A stretch of 64,000 bases of DNA from a candidate division WWE3 bacterium. Its GTDB lineage: Bacteria > Patescibacteriota > WWE3 > UBA101185 > UBA10185. How positions within the stretch are numbered: position 1 is the first letter of the stretch; the number at the start of each line of letters is the position of its first letter. The notes under the pieces were generated by a model. It did no database searches. It was not told the DNA's origin and worked only from the letters and a program-made list of their open reading frames with translations. Location: the NCBI GenBank assembly GCA_052035175.1, contig JBPOHV010000001.1, forward strand, positions 622,428-686,427. Direction: 5' to 3'. Made by a program: the position numbers and the translations under genes. Of this stretch, positions 55,604 through 64,000 are shown piece after piece.

Positions 55604-57373
55604 CTAAGAACTTGATACACGCATTACTTCTTCCAAAGTTGTTACACCCTCTATAACTCTTAAGAAACCATCTTGTTGAAGTGTAACCATACCCTCATCT
55701 TTAGCGACTGATTCAATCTTGCTAGCAGGGCTATTTTCCAAAGTCATATGAGCAACTTCTGTAGAAACCCTCAAAACTTCAAAAATACCAACTCGACCTT
55801 TATAACCTGTATTACCGCATTTATCGCAGCCTTTACCTTTGTATAAACTAAGCTTTTCTTTACTCAATAAATCTATAAGCTTCGCAACTTCGTGATCTTG
55901 CGTCATCAAAACTTTATTGTCTTTAAGTGGTTTTAATGATGCTGTGATGTCTTCTGCAATTTCTGATGGTGCATCATAAGCTTCTTTACAATCTGGACAT
56001 ATGCGACGTACAAGACGTTGTGCTAAAACAGAGTTTATTGTTGAAGCCAACAAAAAGCTTTCAACGCCCATATCTAAAAGTCTAGGAATAGCACCAGATG
56101 AAGAATTTGTATGCAAAGTAGCCAACACTAAGTGACCGGTAAGAGCAGCGTGTACTGCAAGTTCTGCAGTTTCTGCGTCGCGGATTTCTCCGATCATTAT
56201 GACGTTTGGATCTTGACGTAAAAATGCACGCAACCCAGTTGCAAATGTAAGACCAGCTTGAGGATTTACTTGAACTTGATTTACACCAGGCACACGAATT
56301 TCAACTGGATCTTCTATAGTAACAATGTTTACTCTAACAGAATTTAATTTTGATAAAGCAGACGCCTGGGTGACTGATTTACCTGAGCCAGTAGGACCAG
56401 TAACCAATACCATACCTGTCGGTTTTAAAAGAGATTCTTCAAAACGACGCAAAGAAAGACCGCGTAATCCCAAATCTTTAAAACTGAAAACAACGCCTTC
56501 TTCACGCAAAAGTCTTATAACAACTTTTTCACCAAAGATCGTTGGCAAAGTTGAAACTCTCAAATCGACCGAAACTTTACCAACTTGAAACTTTATACGA
56601 CCATCTTGAGGAATACGTTTTTCGTCTATTTTCATACTTCCAGACAAAATCTTTATTCTTGCGATGATAGAATCGTGCATTTCTTTTGGAATTCTACGTT
56701 TTTCTTCCAAAACACCATCGACACGATAACGCAAACGTGAGTCTGATTCGCCTGGTTCCAAATGAATATCTGAAGCGCCAAGTTTGACAGCTGTTTCCAA
56801 AATCATACCTACAACACGCGCAATTGGTGCATCACGAATAGTAGCTTCGGTAAGTTCTTGATGAGATTCTTCAATTTTTAATACATTTTTCTCATCGCTA
56901 ATCTCTTGAAGTGCGGCACTTATCTCATCTGCGATTGCTTTTCCGTGTTGTTCATCTAAAAAGTGAGATATTTGATTTTCTAATGCGATAAGAGGAACAA
57001 TTTTATAACCACTTTTTCTTTCGACAAAATCGATTGTTTGCAAATCCAAAGGATTGCCCATAGCAAGTTTCAAAATATTGCCATCTAGGGCTACAGGTAT
57101 AACTTTGAATTTTTGCGTAAGACTAAGTGGAACATTTTCAAATAATTTTGGATTAATTTTAAAACCTGTTAAGTCAATGAATTCAAACCCATATGCTTCA
57201 CCAAATGCTTTGGCATAGTCTTCACTGCTTACATAACCACGTTCTTTGATTATTTCGGTTGTTGGTTTATCTGAATTTACATGCTCAAATTTGATAGCAG
57301 AAAGCTGATCGGTAGTCAGGAGCTTTCTTTCGAATAAGACATCTTCAATTGACTTTGGTTTATTAACACTCAT
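55604..57373 (-). CDS. pilB: Assembly ATPase PilB/GspE
   Basis: PQDGR, GPTGSGKS, GEIRD, CPDC/CDKC zinc motif. Confidence 0.95.
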   Translation of the reverse strand: MSVNKPKSIEDVLFERKLLTTDQLSAIKFEHVNSDKPTTEIIKERGYVSSEDYAKAFGEAYGFEFIDLTGFKINPKLFENVPLSLTQKFKVIPVALDGNILKLAMGNPLDLQTIDFVERKSGYKIVPLIALENQISHFLDEQHGKAIADEISAALQEISDEKNVLKIEESHQELTEATIRDAPIARVVGMILETAVKLGASDIHLEPGESDSRLRYRVDGVLEEKRRIPKEMHDSIIARIKILSGSMKIDEKRIPQDGRIKFQVGKVSVDLRVSTLPTIFGEKVVIRLLREEGVVFSFKDLGLRGLSLRRFEESLLKPTGMVLVTGPTGSGKSVTQASALSKLNSVRVNIVTIEDPVEIRVPGVNQVQVNPQAGLTFATGLRAFLRQDPNVIMIGEIRDAETAELAVHAALTGHLVLATLHTNSSSGAIPRLLDMGVESFLLASTINSVLAQRLVRRICPDCKEAYDAPSEIAEDITASLKPLKDNKVLMTQDHEVAKLIDLLSKEKLSLYKGKGCDKCGNTGYKGRVGIFEVLRVSTEVAHMTLENSPASKIESVAKDEGMVTLQQDGFLRVIEGVTTLEEVMRVSSS

Positions 57374-57466
57374 ATGGGCAGTTCTCTATGCAATATTATT
57401 GCAATATCTTCTTAATGATAACAAGTTGTATCTCTACCATCAATAATTTAAAGTATAATACCGAAT

Positions 57467-58117
57467 ATGGCGGCGATTTTTATATACGGAAGCGAGGATT
57501 CAGCTAGGCAAAACAAGCTAAACGAGTATATTGCACAATATTTTGAAAAAAAAGAGCATGCAGACTTACTAATAGTAGAAGCAGAGAAAGACAAGAAAAG
57601 CATCGGCATCGACCAAATAAAACAAATTAACCAGTTTAGTATAAAAAAACCATTTTCTGCTAACAAGAAAATATGTGCGATCCCTCATGCAAATAGTTTG
57701 ACTATACAAGCTCAAAATGCTTTGTTGAAAATTTTGGAAGAACACCCAAGTTATTTGGATATTTACTTACTAGCACCAAATGTAAGCGCAGTTTTACCCA
57801 CAATATTATCTAGGTGCAAAAGAATACGTATAAATGAGCAACAAGAAGTGTTTTCACAACAATTTTCTGATGTTTTTGATATTTCTATTGGACAAAGACT
57901 AGACTTAGCTGATGAGATTTCTGCGCAAACGCCTGAAGAAATTGCTGAAACATTCAAATCGTGGATTCAAATAATCAGGAAGCGACTACACCAAAATCAA
58001 GATGCTATGGCGTTTGCGCATAACACAAAACTTATAATGAAAGCGAAAAAAGACCTTGAAACCACAAATATGAATAAGAAGCTAATTGTGGAATGGTTGT
58101 TAGTTAACCTCACCTAG
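57467..58117 (+). CDS. holB: DNA polymerase III delta-prime-like subunit
   Basis: HADL, SIGIDQI, AQNALLKILEE, LPTILSRC. Confidence 0.85.
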   Translation: MAAIFIYGSEDSARQNKLNEYIAQYFEKKEHADLLIVEAEKDKKSIGIDQIKQINQFSIKKPFSANKKICAIPHANSLTIQAQNALLKILEEHPSYLDIYLLAPNVSAVLPTILSRCKRIRINEQQEVFSQQFSDVFDISIGQRLDLADEISAQTPEEIAETFKSWIQIIRKRLHQNQDAMAFAHNTKLIMKAKKDLETTNMNKKLIVEWLLVNLT

Positions 58118-58142
58118 GGTAAAATCATTTGGCTAATTCTAT

Positions 58143-60110
58143 ATGACAAACTCTTACAGCTCAGAACAAATACAAGTACTCGAAGGTTTAGACGCAGTTC
58201 GTAAGCGCCCAGGTATGTATATTGGGTCTACAGGTGAACCAGGCTTGCATCATTTGATTACAGAAATAATCAATAACTCGATGGACGAAGCCATGGGCGG
58301 ATTTGCGACTCATATCAGGCTCGACTTTCTCAAAGATGGTTCCACTGCGATATACGACAACGGCCGAGGTGTTCCTTTTGATATTAAAAAAGAATACGGT
58401 GTAAGTGCATTGCAACTTGTTTATACCGAATTACACGCAGGAGGAAAGTTTGGTGGCGGAGGATATAAAGTAGCAAGCGGTCTGCACGGAGTAGGTTCGT
58501 CTGTAGTAAACGCACTTTCCGAGTGGATGCGTGTTGTTGTAAAACGAGGCGACAAAATAGTTATTCAAGAATACGAAAAAGGCGGAAAAGTTTTGCGCCC
58601 TGTTGAAGATCTAAATATAAAAAAACCAATTTCTAAAATAAAAGGTGTCGATGTAAATCTCGACTTGGAAAATTGGCAATACGAAAGCGGCACTATCGTA
58701 CAATTCTTACCAGACGCATCAATTTTTGAAACTACCGATTTTAAACTGAAATTCTTTTTGACACAGATAAAAGAGTACGCTTATCTTACACCTGGCGTTA
58801 AATTTGAAATAAATGACGAAAGAGTAGGGGAGCATTTGGTATTTTACTTTGAGGGTGGCCTCAAAGCTTACCTAAAAGCATTAAATAGAAATAAAAAGAT
58901 TATTAACGAGACTCCATTTGTTATACGTAAAGAAGTTGACGATGTAGATGTAGAAGTAGGTATTCAATACACTGATGCATACGGTCAAAACTTACTTAGT
59001 TTTGCAAATAATTTGCGTACACAAGAAGGCGGTACACATTTAACTGGTTTCAAAACTGCGCTTACAAAATCTATAAATGACTATGCCAAAGCGAATAATC
59101 TTGTAAAAGATACTGACAATGGCTTGATGGGTGACGACATTCTAGAGGGCATTACTGCTATTGTTTCTGTCAGGCTTGACTCAATGAAATTGCAATTTGA
59201 AGGACAAACCAAAGGCAAACTAGGTAGCTCAGTAGCAAGACCTGCAGTAGAAACTGTAGTAAAAGAAGGCTTAGAGCAATTTTTGGGAGAAAATCCAAAA
59301 GACGCCAAAGCTATCATCGAAAAAAATCTTATAGCTTACAAGGCAAGGCTTGCTGCCAAAGCAGCCCGCGATAGTGTTATTAGAAAAAGCGCACTCGAAG
59401 GTGGCGGTGTTTTACCTGGTAAATTGGCCGATTGCTCGACCAAAGACAAAGAAAAAAGCGAATTATTCATAGTAGAAGGAGACTCAGCAGCTGGACCTGC
59501 AAAAGACGGAAGAGACAGGGTGACTCAAGCGATATTACCGATGTTTGGAAAAATCATTAATACAGAAAAAGCTCGATTAGACAAAATTGTCGAGTCAGAG
59601 AAATTTAAAACTCTTATTATTGCAGTAGGCGGCGGTATAGGAGATCTTTATAATCCAGAACGCTTGCGTTACGGCAAAATAATAGTCATGGCTGATGCAG
59701 ACATCGACGGGCAACATATTATGACTTTGTATTTAACATTCTTTTATAGACATATGGTTCAACTAGTACAAGAAGGCCGAGTTTATCTGGCTGTTCCTCC
59801 TTTATACAAAGCAACATGGGGCAAAGAAAAGAAATACCTTTTTGACGATAAAGATTTAGAAGCGTTTAACAAAACACCAAACGGCCCAAAGGCTACTATT
59901 CAACGGTTCAAAGGTCTTGGTGAAATGAATTCTGACGAGCTATGGGAAACTACAATGAATCCTCAAACTCGAAGACTCAAAAAAATTCAAGTCGACGATG
60001 CAGCCAAAGCTGACGAAATATTTACTATGCTTATGGGTCAAGAAGTGGCCCCACGCAAACGCTTTATTCAAGCCAATGCCAAATACGCAAATATCGACGT
60101 TGCAGGCTAA
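58143..60110 (+). CDS. gyrB: Type IIA topoisomerase subunit B
   Basis: VRKRPGMYIG, HAGGKF, EGDSA, DADIDG, RFKGLGEM. Confidence 0.93.
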   Translation: MTNSYSSEQIQVLEGLDAVRKRPGMYIGSTGEPGLHHLITEIINNSMDEAMGGFATHIRLDFLKDGSTAIYDNGRGVPFDIKKEYGVSALQLVYTELHAGGKFGGGGYKVASGLHGVGSSVVNALSEWMRVVVKRGDKIVIQEYEKGGKVLRPVEDLNIKKPISKIKGVDVNLDLENWQYESGTIVQFLPDASIFETTDFKLKFFLTQIKEYAYLTPGVKFEINDERVGEHLVFYFEGGLKAYLKALNRNKKIINETPFVIRKEVDDVDVEVGIQYTDAYGQNLLSFANNLRTQEGGTHLTGFKTALTKSINDYAKANNLVKDTDNGLMGDDILEGITAIVSVRLDSMKLQFEGQTKGKLGSSVARPAVETVVKEGLEQFLGENPKDAKAIIEKNLIAYKARLAAKAARDSVIRKSALEGGGVLPGKLADCSTKDKEKSELFIVEGDSAAGPAKDGRDRVTQAILPMFGKIINTEKARLDKIVESEKFKTLIIAVGGGIGDLYNPERLRYGKIIVMADADIDGQHIMTLYLTFFYRHMVQLVQEGRVYLAVPPLYKATWGKEKKYLFDDKDLEAFNKTPNGPKATIQRFKGLGEMNSDELWETTMNPQTRRLKKIQVDDAAKADEIFTMLMGQEVAPRKRFIQANAKYANIDVAG

Positions 60111-60216
60111 ACCTAACAGTTTAAATACCACCCTATAGCTTTCTTATATATTTTTGATACAATCCCTATCATATATTCACTATGGGGATCATCGTCCCCG
60201 AAGGAGAAAAATAACG

Positions 60217-60867
60217 ATGAAAAAATTGATTGTTTTGGTTCTGCTTTTCGCAACTATGGTTGCGTTAGCAGGAATGCCCTCCCTTACGGGAGGAGCGACG
60301 GGCGGTGAACCCACCCCGACAAATGTTCCAAATTTGCCACCAACACCAACTCTGGTACCGGCGAATGGGTTGGAGCCAAAATCTTTTTTGGCGTTGGTCC
60401 AAAATGGACCAACCTTGGTGCCCCCAGTCCCACCGACTGGAACACCAACGGCAACTCCGACTGATCTACCAACCCCCACCCCAGCACCTTATCAAGAAAC
60501 AAAGTGCGGGCCGTTGCCAGAAGGCATTATTGACGGGTTTTATGATCCGGAATGGACGTCTATCTGGGCACAAAGCAATGCCATCGGCTGGACAGGGCCA
60601 GCTAGGATTGATGCCATGGAAAATGAATTCACTGTCCCAGGGGGGGATGCGGCAGTGTTTATTCTGACAGACCATGGTGCCATCTTCTGGGATCAAACCC
60701 AGGTCGATGGCCATGACCAAATGTCTGCGTGCCATACCAATATGGCACCAGATGAAAACACAGTGAACAAATGGGCACAAGATGCCCAAACAAATACTGG
60801 GGCTCCCAATATCTGGATTGTCACCATCATTGACGGTGACCTCCACGCGGTATTGTGGGCCCCATAG
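60217..60867 (+). CDS. Secreted Pro/Thr-rich protein, cassette A
   Basis: AAGGAG SD, signal peptide, PT linker; paralog of 61020. Confidence 0.75.
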   Translation: MKKLIVLVLLFATMVALAGMPSLTGGATGGEPTPTNVPNLPPTPTLVPANGLEPKSFLALVQNGPTLVPPVPPTGTPTATPTDLPTPTPAPYQETKCGPLPEGIIDGFYDPEWTSIWAQSNAIGWTGPARIDAMENEFTVPGGDAAVFILTDHGAIFWDQTQVDGHDQMSACHTNMAPDENTVNKWAQDAQTNTGAPNIWIVTIIDGDLHAVLWAP

Positions 60868-60883
60868 TAAAAATATGTTAGGC

Positions 60884-60942
60884 AAAAAAGACCTTGTCGA
60901 GCCGATAGCGATATCGCATGACGAGGTCTTTTGCGTTGTATA
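60884..60942 (+). repeat. 59-bp 3' hairpin, copy 1
   Basis: aaaaaagaccttgtc...gacgaggtcttttgcgttgtata; 2 mismatches to copy 2. Confidence 0.9.
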
Positions 60943-61019
60943 CATAAAAGCAAACATTGATATAATCCCTACTAATAATTCACGTGTGAGTACAATTACT
61001 TGCACAAAAGGAGCAAAAG

Positions 61020-61595
61020 ATGAAGAAGTCTTATTTAGTTCTGCTGATACCATTAGCAATGGTGATCTTAGCAGGCATGCCGGCCCTTACGAGCCAGGCA
61101 CAAGGTGGCGAAGCTACCCCTTCACCAGAACAACCCACAAAAAGTTTTCTAGTGTTCATGCCTGCAGTAATGCGGGCAGACACATATCAAGAAAGTTTTT
61201 GCGGGCCAGTGGAAAGCGGAGGCGTAATTTTGAATTACGAATCCAATTTCCCGGCGCTGCAAGCGCCAGAAGATCCCCAGTACACCCACATCGTTGGGTG
61301 GGCCAGTTGGTCTTATGTAACATATCAAGGCCAAAGTTGGTTGATTCCAGAAGGGGATGTTGCTGTTTTCATTACTCAGGCGAACCAGTCACTTGAGTTT
61401 TTTAACATGCAACTCGTTGAAGGACATGCTTTTATGGAAGCGTGTGCCGCTACAAAGTTCCCGCCTGGGCCAAGTCTCCTAGCATGGGGAGATAAAGCCA
61501 GAACTGGGACTGGCGTTGGCGGGCTGCTTTGGCTCATCACAATCACTGAAAGTGGTGAGCTAAAGGTTGATCCCTGGCCAGGGATCGTGCAGTAA
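61020..61595 (+). CDS. Secreted protein, cassette B (paralog of cassette A)
   Basis: AAAGGAG SD; shared LAGMP.LT, GGE.TP, KSFL, YQE..CGP, P.GD.AVFI, M.AC, W...A.T.TG, WP/WAP. Confidence 0.75.
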   Translation: MKKSYLVLLIPLAMVILAGMPALTSQAQGGEATPSPEQPTKSFLVFMPAVMRADTYQESFCGPVESGGVILNYESNFPALQAPEDPQYTHIVGWASWSYVTYQGQSWLIPEGDVAVFITQANQSLEFFNMQLVEGHAFMEACAATKFPPGPSLLAWGDKARTGTGVGGLLWLITITESGELKVDPWPGIVQ

Positions 61596-61609
61596 ATCTT
61601 TATGGCGCG

Positions 61610-61668
61610 AAAAAAGACCTCGTCGAGCCGATAGCAATATCGCATGACGAGGTCTTTTGCGTTGTATA
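61610..61668 (+). repeat. 59-bp 3' hairpin, copy 2
   Basis: aaaaaagacctcgtc...gacgaggtcttttgcgttgtata. Confidence 0.9.
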
Positions 61669-61695
61669 GATATATTTAATGAAATTCCGAGATAA

Positions 61696-62304
61696 TTAGT
61701 TTGCTAGCTGACCGTCAAAAGTTTTTTTGAAAAACTCATGAGCTTCTTTGATTATCTTGTAAGCGTCTTCTTTGTTACCCCAACCTTCGACTAATACCTT
61801 TTTGTCGTGTTGACCTTTGTATTTGAATTGAAGATCTTTGTATCTTTCAAAAAAGAAAGTGATTTCATCTCTTTGATGCGTACTCAAATCATTTATATCT
61901 TCGATATGTTTGTATCTTATATCATCAGCAGGAACTGCTAATATTTTGTCATCTTTGTCACCACTATCATTAAAAAGCATTACACCAATAGGTCTTACAG
62001 AAATAAGACACCCCGGAAAAGTTGGATAATGTACCAGGCACATAACATCGAGCAAATCATTGTCATGATCCCAAGTTTGTGGAATAGCGCCATATTCAAC
62101 AGGGTAGGGGAGTTTGGAAAATAAAACTCTGTCTAGTTTGATCAAACCAGTTTGAGTATGAAATTCGTATTTGTTTATAGAACCCATTGGAGTCTCGACC
62201 AACATATTAATTTCTTTTGGCGTATTATCTCCTACAGGTAAACCAAAGAGAGGATTAAACATAGCATGAAATACTGTATCATTAAGGTGTTTTATGTCAG
62301 CCAT
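61696..62304 (-). CDS. ppa: Inorganic pyrophosphatase (family I)
   Basis: NKYE, LDR, YGAIPQT, D.D.LD, DDKILAVP. Confidence 0.93.
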   Translation of the reverse strand: MADIKHLNDTVFHAMFNPLFGLPVGDNTPKEINMLVETPMGSINKYEFHTQTGLIKLDRVLFSKLPYPVEYGAIPQTWDHDNDLLDVMCLVHYPTFPGCLISVRPIGVMLFNDSGDKDDKILAVPADDIRYKHIEDINDLSTHQRDEITFFFERYKDLQFKYKGQHDKKVLVEGWGNKEDAYKIIKEAHEFFKKTFDGQLAN

Positions 62305-62388
62305 AGTAAAAGTGATATTACTACAATCAAAAAAGCTCTGCAACATTGAACCAACCTGCTAAACCTGGTACGATGTGTTAGCTCTGAT

Positions 62389-64000
62389 ATGAAAAAAGAT
62401 AAAGTCACACAATTAAATGAAGAAATCGAAGGCTCAACCTCACAAGGTACTATCCTAAATTCAGATATTTCAGAAGAAATGCAAAGGTCATACCTCGATT
62501 ATGCGATGAGCGTAATTGTATCTCGTGCATTACCTGACGTAAGAGACGGCTTAAAACCAGTTCACCGAAGAATAATTTATTCTATGGCTGAAAAAGGTTA
62601 TAACTCAACTTCAAATTTCAAAAAATGCGCAACGGTCGTAGGCGACGTCATGGGTAGATACCACCCTCATGGTGATAGTTCTATATACGAAGCACTCGTT
62701 AGGATGGGGCAACCATTTTCTTTGAGATATACATTTATCAACCCACAAGGAAATTTTGGCAACATCGACGGTGACCCTGCAGCCGCAATGAGGTACACAG
62801 AATGTAAACTTACAAAGCTAGCAGAAGAACTTTATCGAGACATTGACAGCGACACTATAGATTTTGTGCTAAATGACCTTCAAAACTATGAACCTACTGC
62901 ACTTCCTTCAGCTATACCAAATCTAATAATCAACGGCGCAGTTGGTATTGCTGTTGGTATGGCTACAAATATTCCACCGCATAATCTTGGCGAAATAATC
63001 GACGGTATAAGCTTGTTAATCGATACTGCCGAAAAGATCGGTACACCACCGGTAAAAGATGCAGTTGGTAAAGAAATACTAATATACGAAGGTAAAGTAC
63101 CTAGCGTATTTGCACAAGTTGCGGCAACCGAGTTTGTATCAAAAGCAACTGTAGAAGATTTGATCAAATATGTAAAAGGACCCGACTTCCCAACCGGCGG
63201 TATTATTTATGATCAAAAAGAACTTATGCAGGTCTACGCTACGGGACGAGGCCGAGTAGTAACCAGAGCTAGAACACAAATAGAAGAAGTAAAAGGTCAA
63301 ACACGCATAATTGTTAGCGAAATACCATATCAAGTAGTCAAAGCAACGCTGATATCAAAAATAGCTGACCTCGTTAAAGAAAAGAAGATTGAAGGAATAT
63401 CAAATCTACGCGATGAATCAAACAAGCAAGGAATGCGCATAGTAATAGAGCTTAAACGCGATGCAATTGCAAAAAAAGTTGAAAACCAATTGTTTAAGTA
63501 CACCGCATTGCAAAGTACATTTAACGCAAACATCGTTGCATTGGTAAATAATGAACCGCGCTTACTCACGCTCAAAATGATTTTGGAAGAATTTATCAAA
63601 CACAGACAAAGCGTAGTAGTAAGACGCACTTTATTCTTATACAAAAAAGCTAAAGAAAGAGAACATATCTTAATAGGATTGAAAAAAGCCTTGGATATTC
63701 TCGACGAAGTAATAGCGCATATTCGAGCCAGTAAAGACGCAGAAACAGCCAAAGCAGGATTGATAACCAAATTTGGTTTTTCTGAAATACAAGCTCAAGC
63801 AATCTTGGATATGCAATTACGAAAATTGGCAGCACTAGAACGAAAGAAGATTGAAGAAGAATTGGCAGAGATATTAAACACAATTAAATCGTTTGAAACT
63901 TTACTGGCTTCCCCTGAAAAGATTATTAAAACTGTAAAAGATGAACTACTTTCTCTTAAAGAGAAATATGGTGATGAGCGCAAGACAAAAGTTATAAAAG
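62389..64000 (+). CDS. gyrA: DNA gyrase subunit A, 3'-truncated by window
   Basis: [46 protein letters not shown]; absent from the ORF track because no stop falls in the window. Confidence 0.95.
   Translation, partial: MKKDKVTQLNEEIEGSTSQGTILNSDISEEMQRSYLDYAMSVIVSRALPDVRDGLKPVHRRIIYSMAEKGYNSTSNFKKCATVVGDVMGRYHPHGDSSIYEALVRMGQPFSLRYTFINPQGNFGNIDGDPAAAMRYTECKLTKLAEELYRDIDSDTIDFVLNDLQNYEPTALPSAIPNLIINGAVGIAVGMATNIPPHNLGEIIDGISLLIDTAEKIGTPPVKDAVGKEILIYEGKVPSVFAQVAATEFVSKATVEDLIKYVKGPDFPTGGIIYDQKELMQVYATGRGRVVTRARTQIEEVKGQTRIIVSEIPYQVVKATLISKIADLVKEKKIEGISNLRDESNKQGMRIVIELKRDAIAKKVENQLFKYTALQSTFNANIVALVNNEPRLLTLKMILEEFIKHRQSVVVRRTLFLYKKAKEREHILIGLKKALDILDEVIAHIRASKDAETAKAGLITKFGFSEIQAQAILDMQLRKLAALERKKIEEELAEILNTIKSFETLLASPEKIIKTVKDELLSLKEKYGDERKTKVIK

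Noticed and set aside
60466-61645. Overlapping alternative ORFs (197 aa minus, 204 aa plus, others)
   Set aside because: Expected by-products of locally high GC; the SD-led paralogous frames explain the region.
60884-61668. 59-bp repeats as integron attC sites
   Set aside because: They lack paired RYYYAAC/GTTRRRY cores, and no integrase is present in the window.
62886-63983. Minus-strand ORFs at the window end
   Set aside because: Antisense shadows of gyrA.

Overview
AT-rich bacterial chromosome window, most likely from a Patescibacteria/CPR genome (WWE3/Microgenomates-like). This is inferred from a trigger factor without its PPIase domain, shortened ThrS and PheT, rpsP-khpA-trmD without rimM, a large type IV pilus locus, and mostly Shine-Dalgarno (SD)-less genes preceded only by -10 boxes. 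Housekeeping content: five canonical CCA-encoding tRNAs, tig-clpP, truB, thrS-infC-rpmI-rplT-pheS-pheT, two PBP genes, recG-rsmD, rpmF-nusB-acp-rnc-rpsP-khpA-trmD, a ~20 kb pil cluster, holB, gyrB, ppa and the start of gyrA. The most unusual feature is a 1.37 kb island without credible ORFs (27247-28620), bounded by perfect 28-bp inverted repeats. It holds about six promoter-led structured RNA units: two tRNA mimics with 6-nt anticodon loops, a tRNA-Ile(UAU) candidate, and long hairpins, one displaying an exact anti-SD loop (CCUCCUU). Elsewhere there are GC-richer, hairpin-capped, SD-led cassettes encoding tiny transmembrane peptides or secreted proteins (6.6, 34.2-34.8, 49.3 and 60.2-61.7 kb). 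These may form one system of structured transcripts, but that link is inference. All calls come from reading the sequence by eye; no searches were run.
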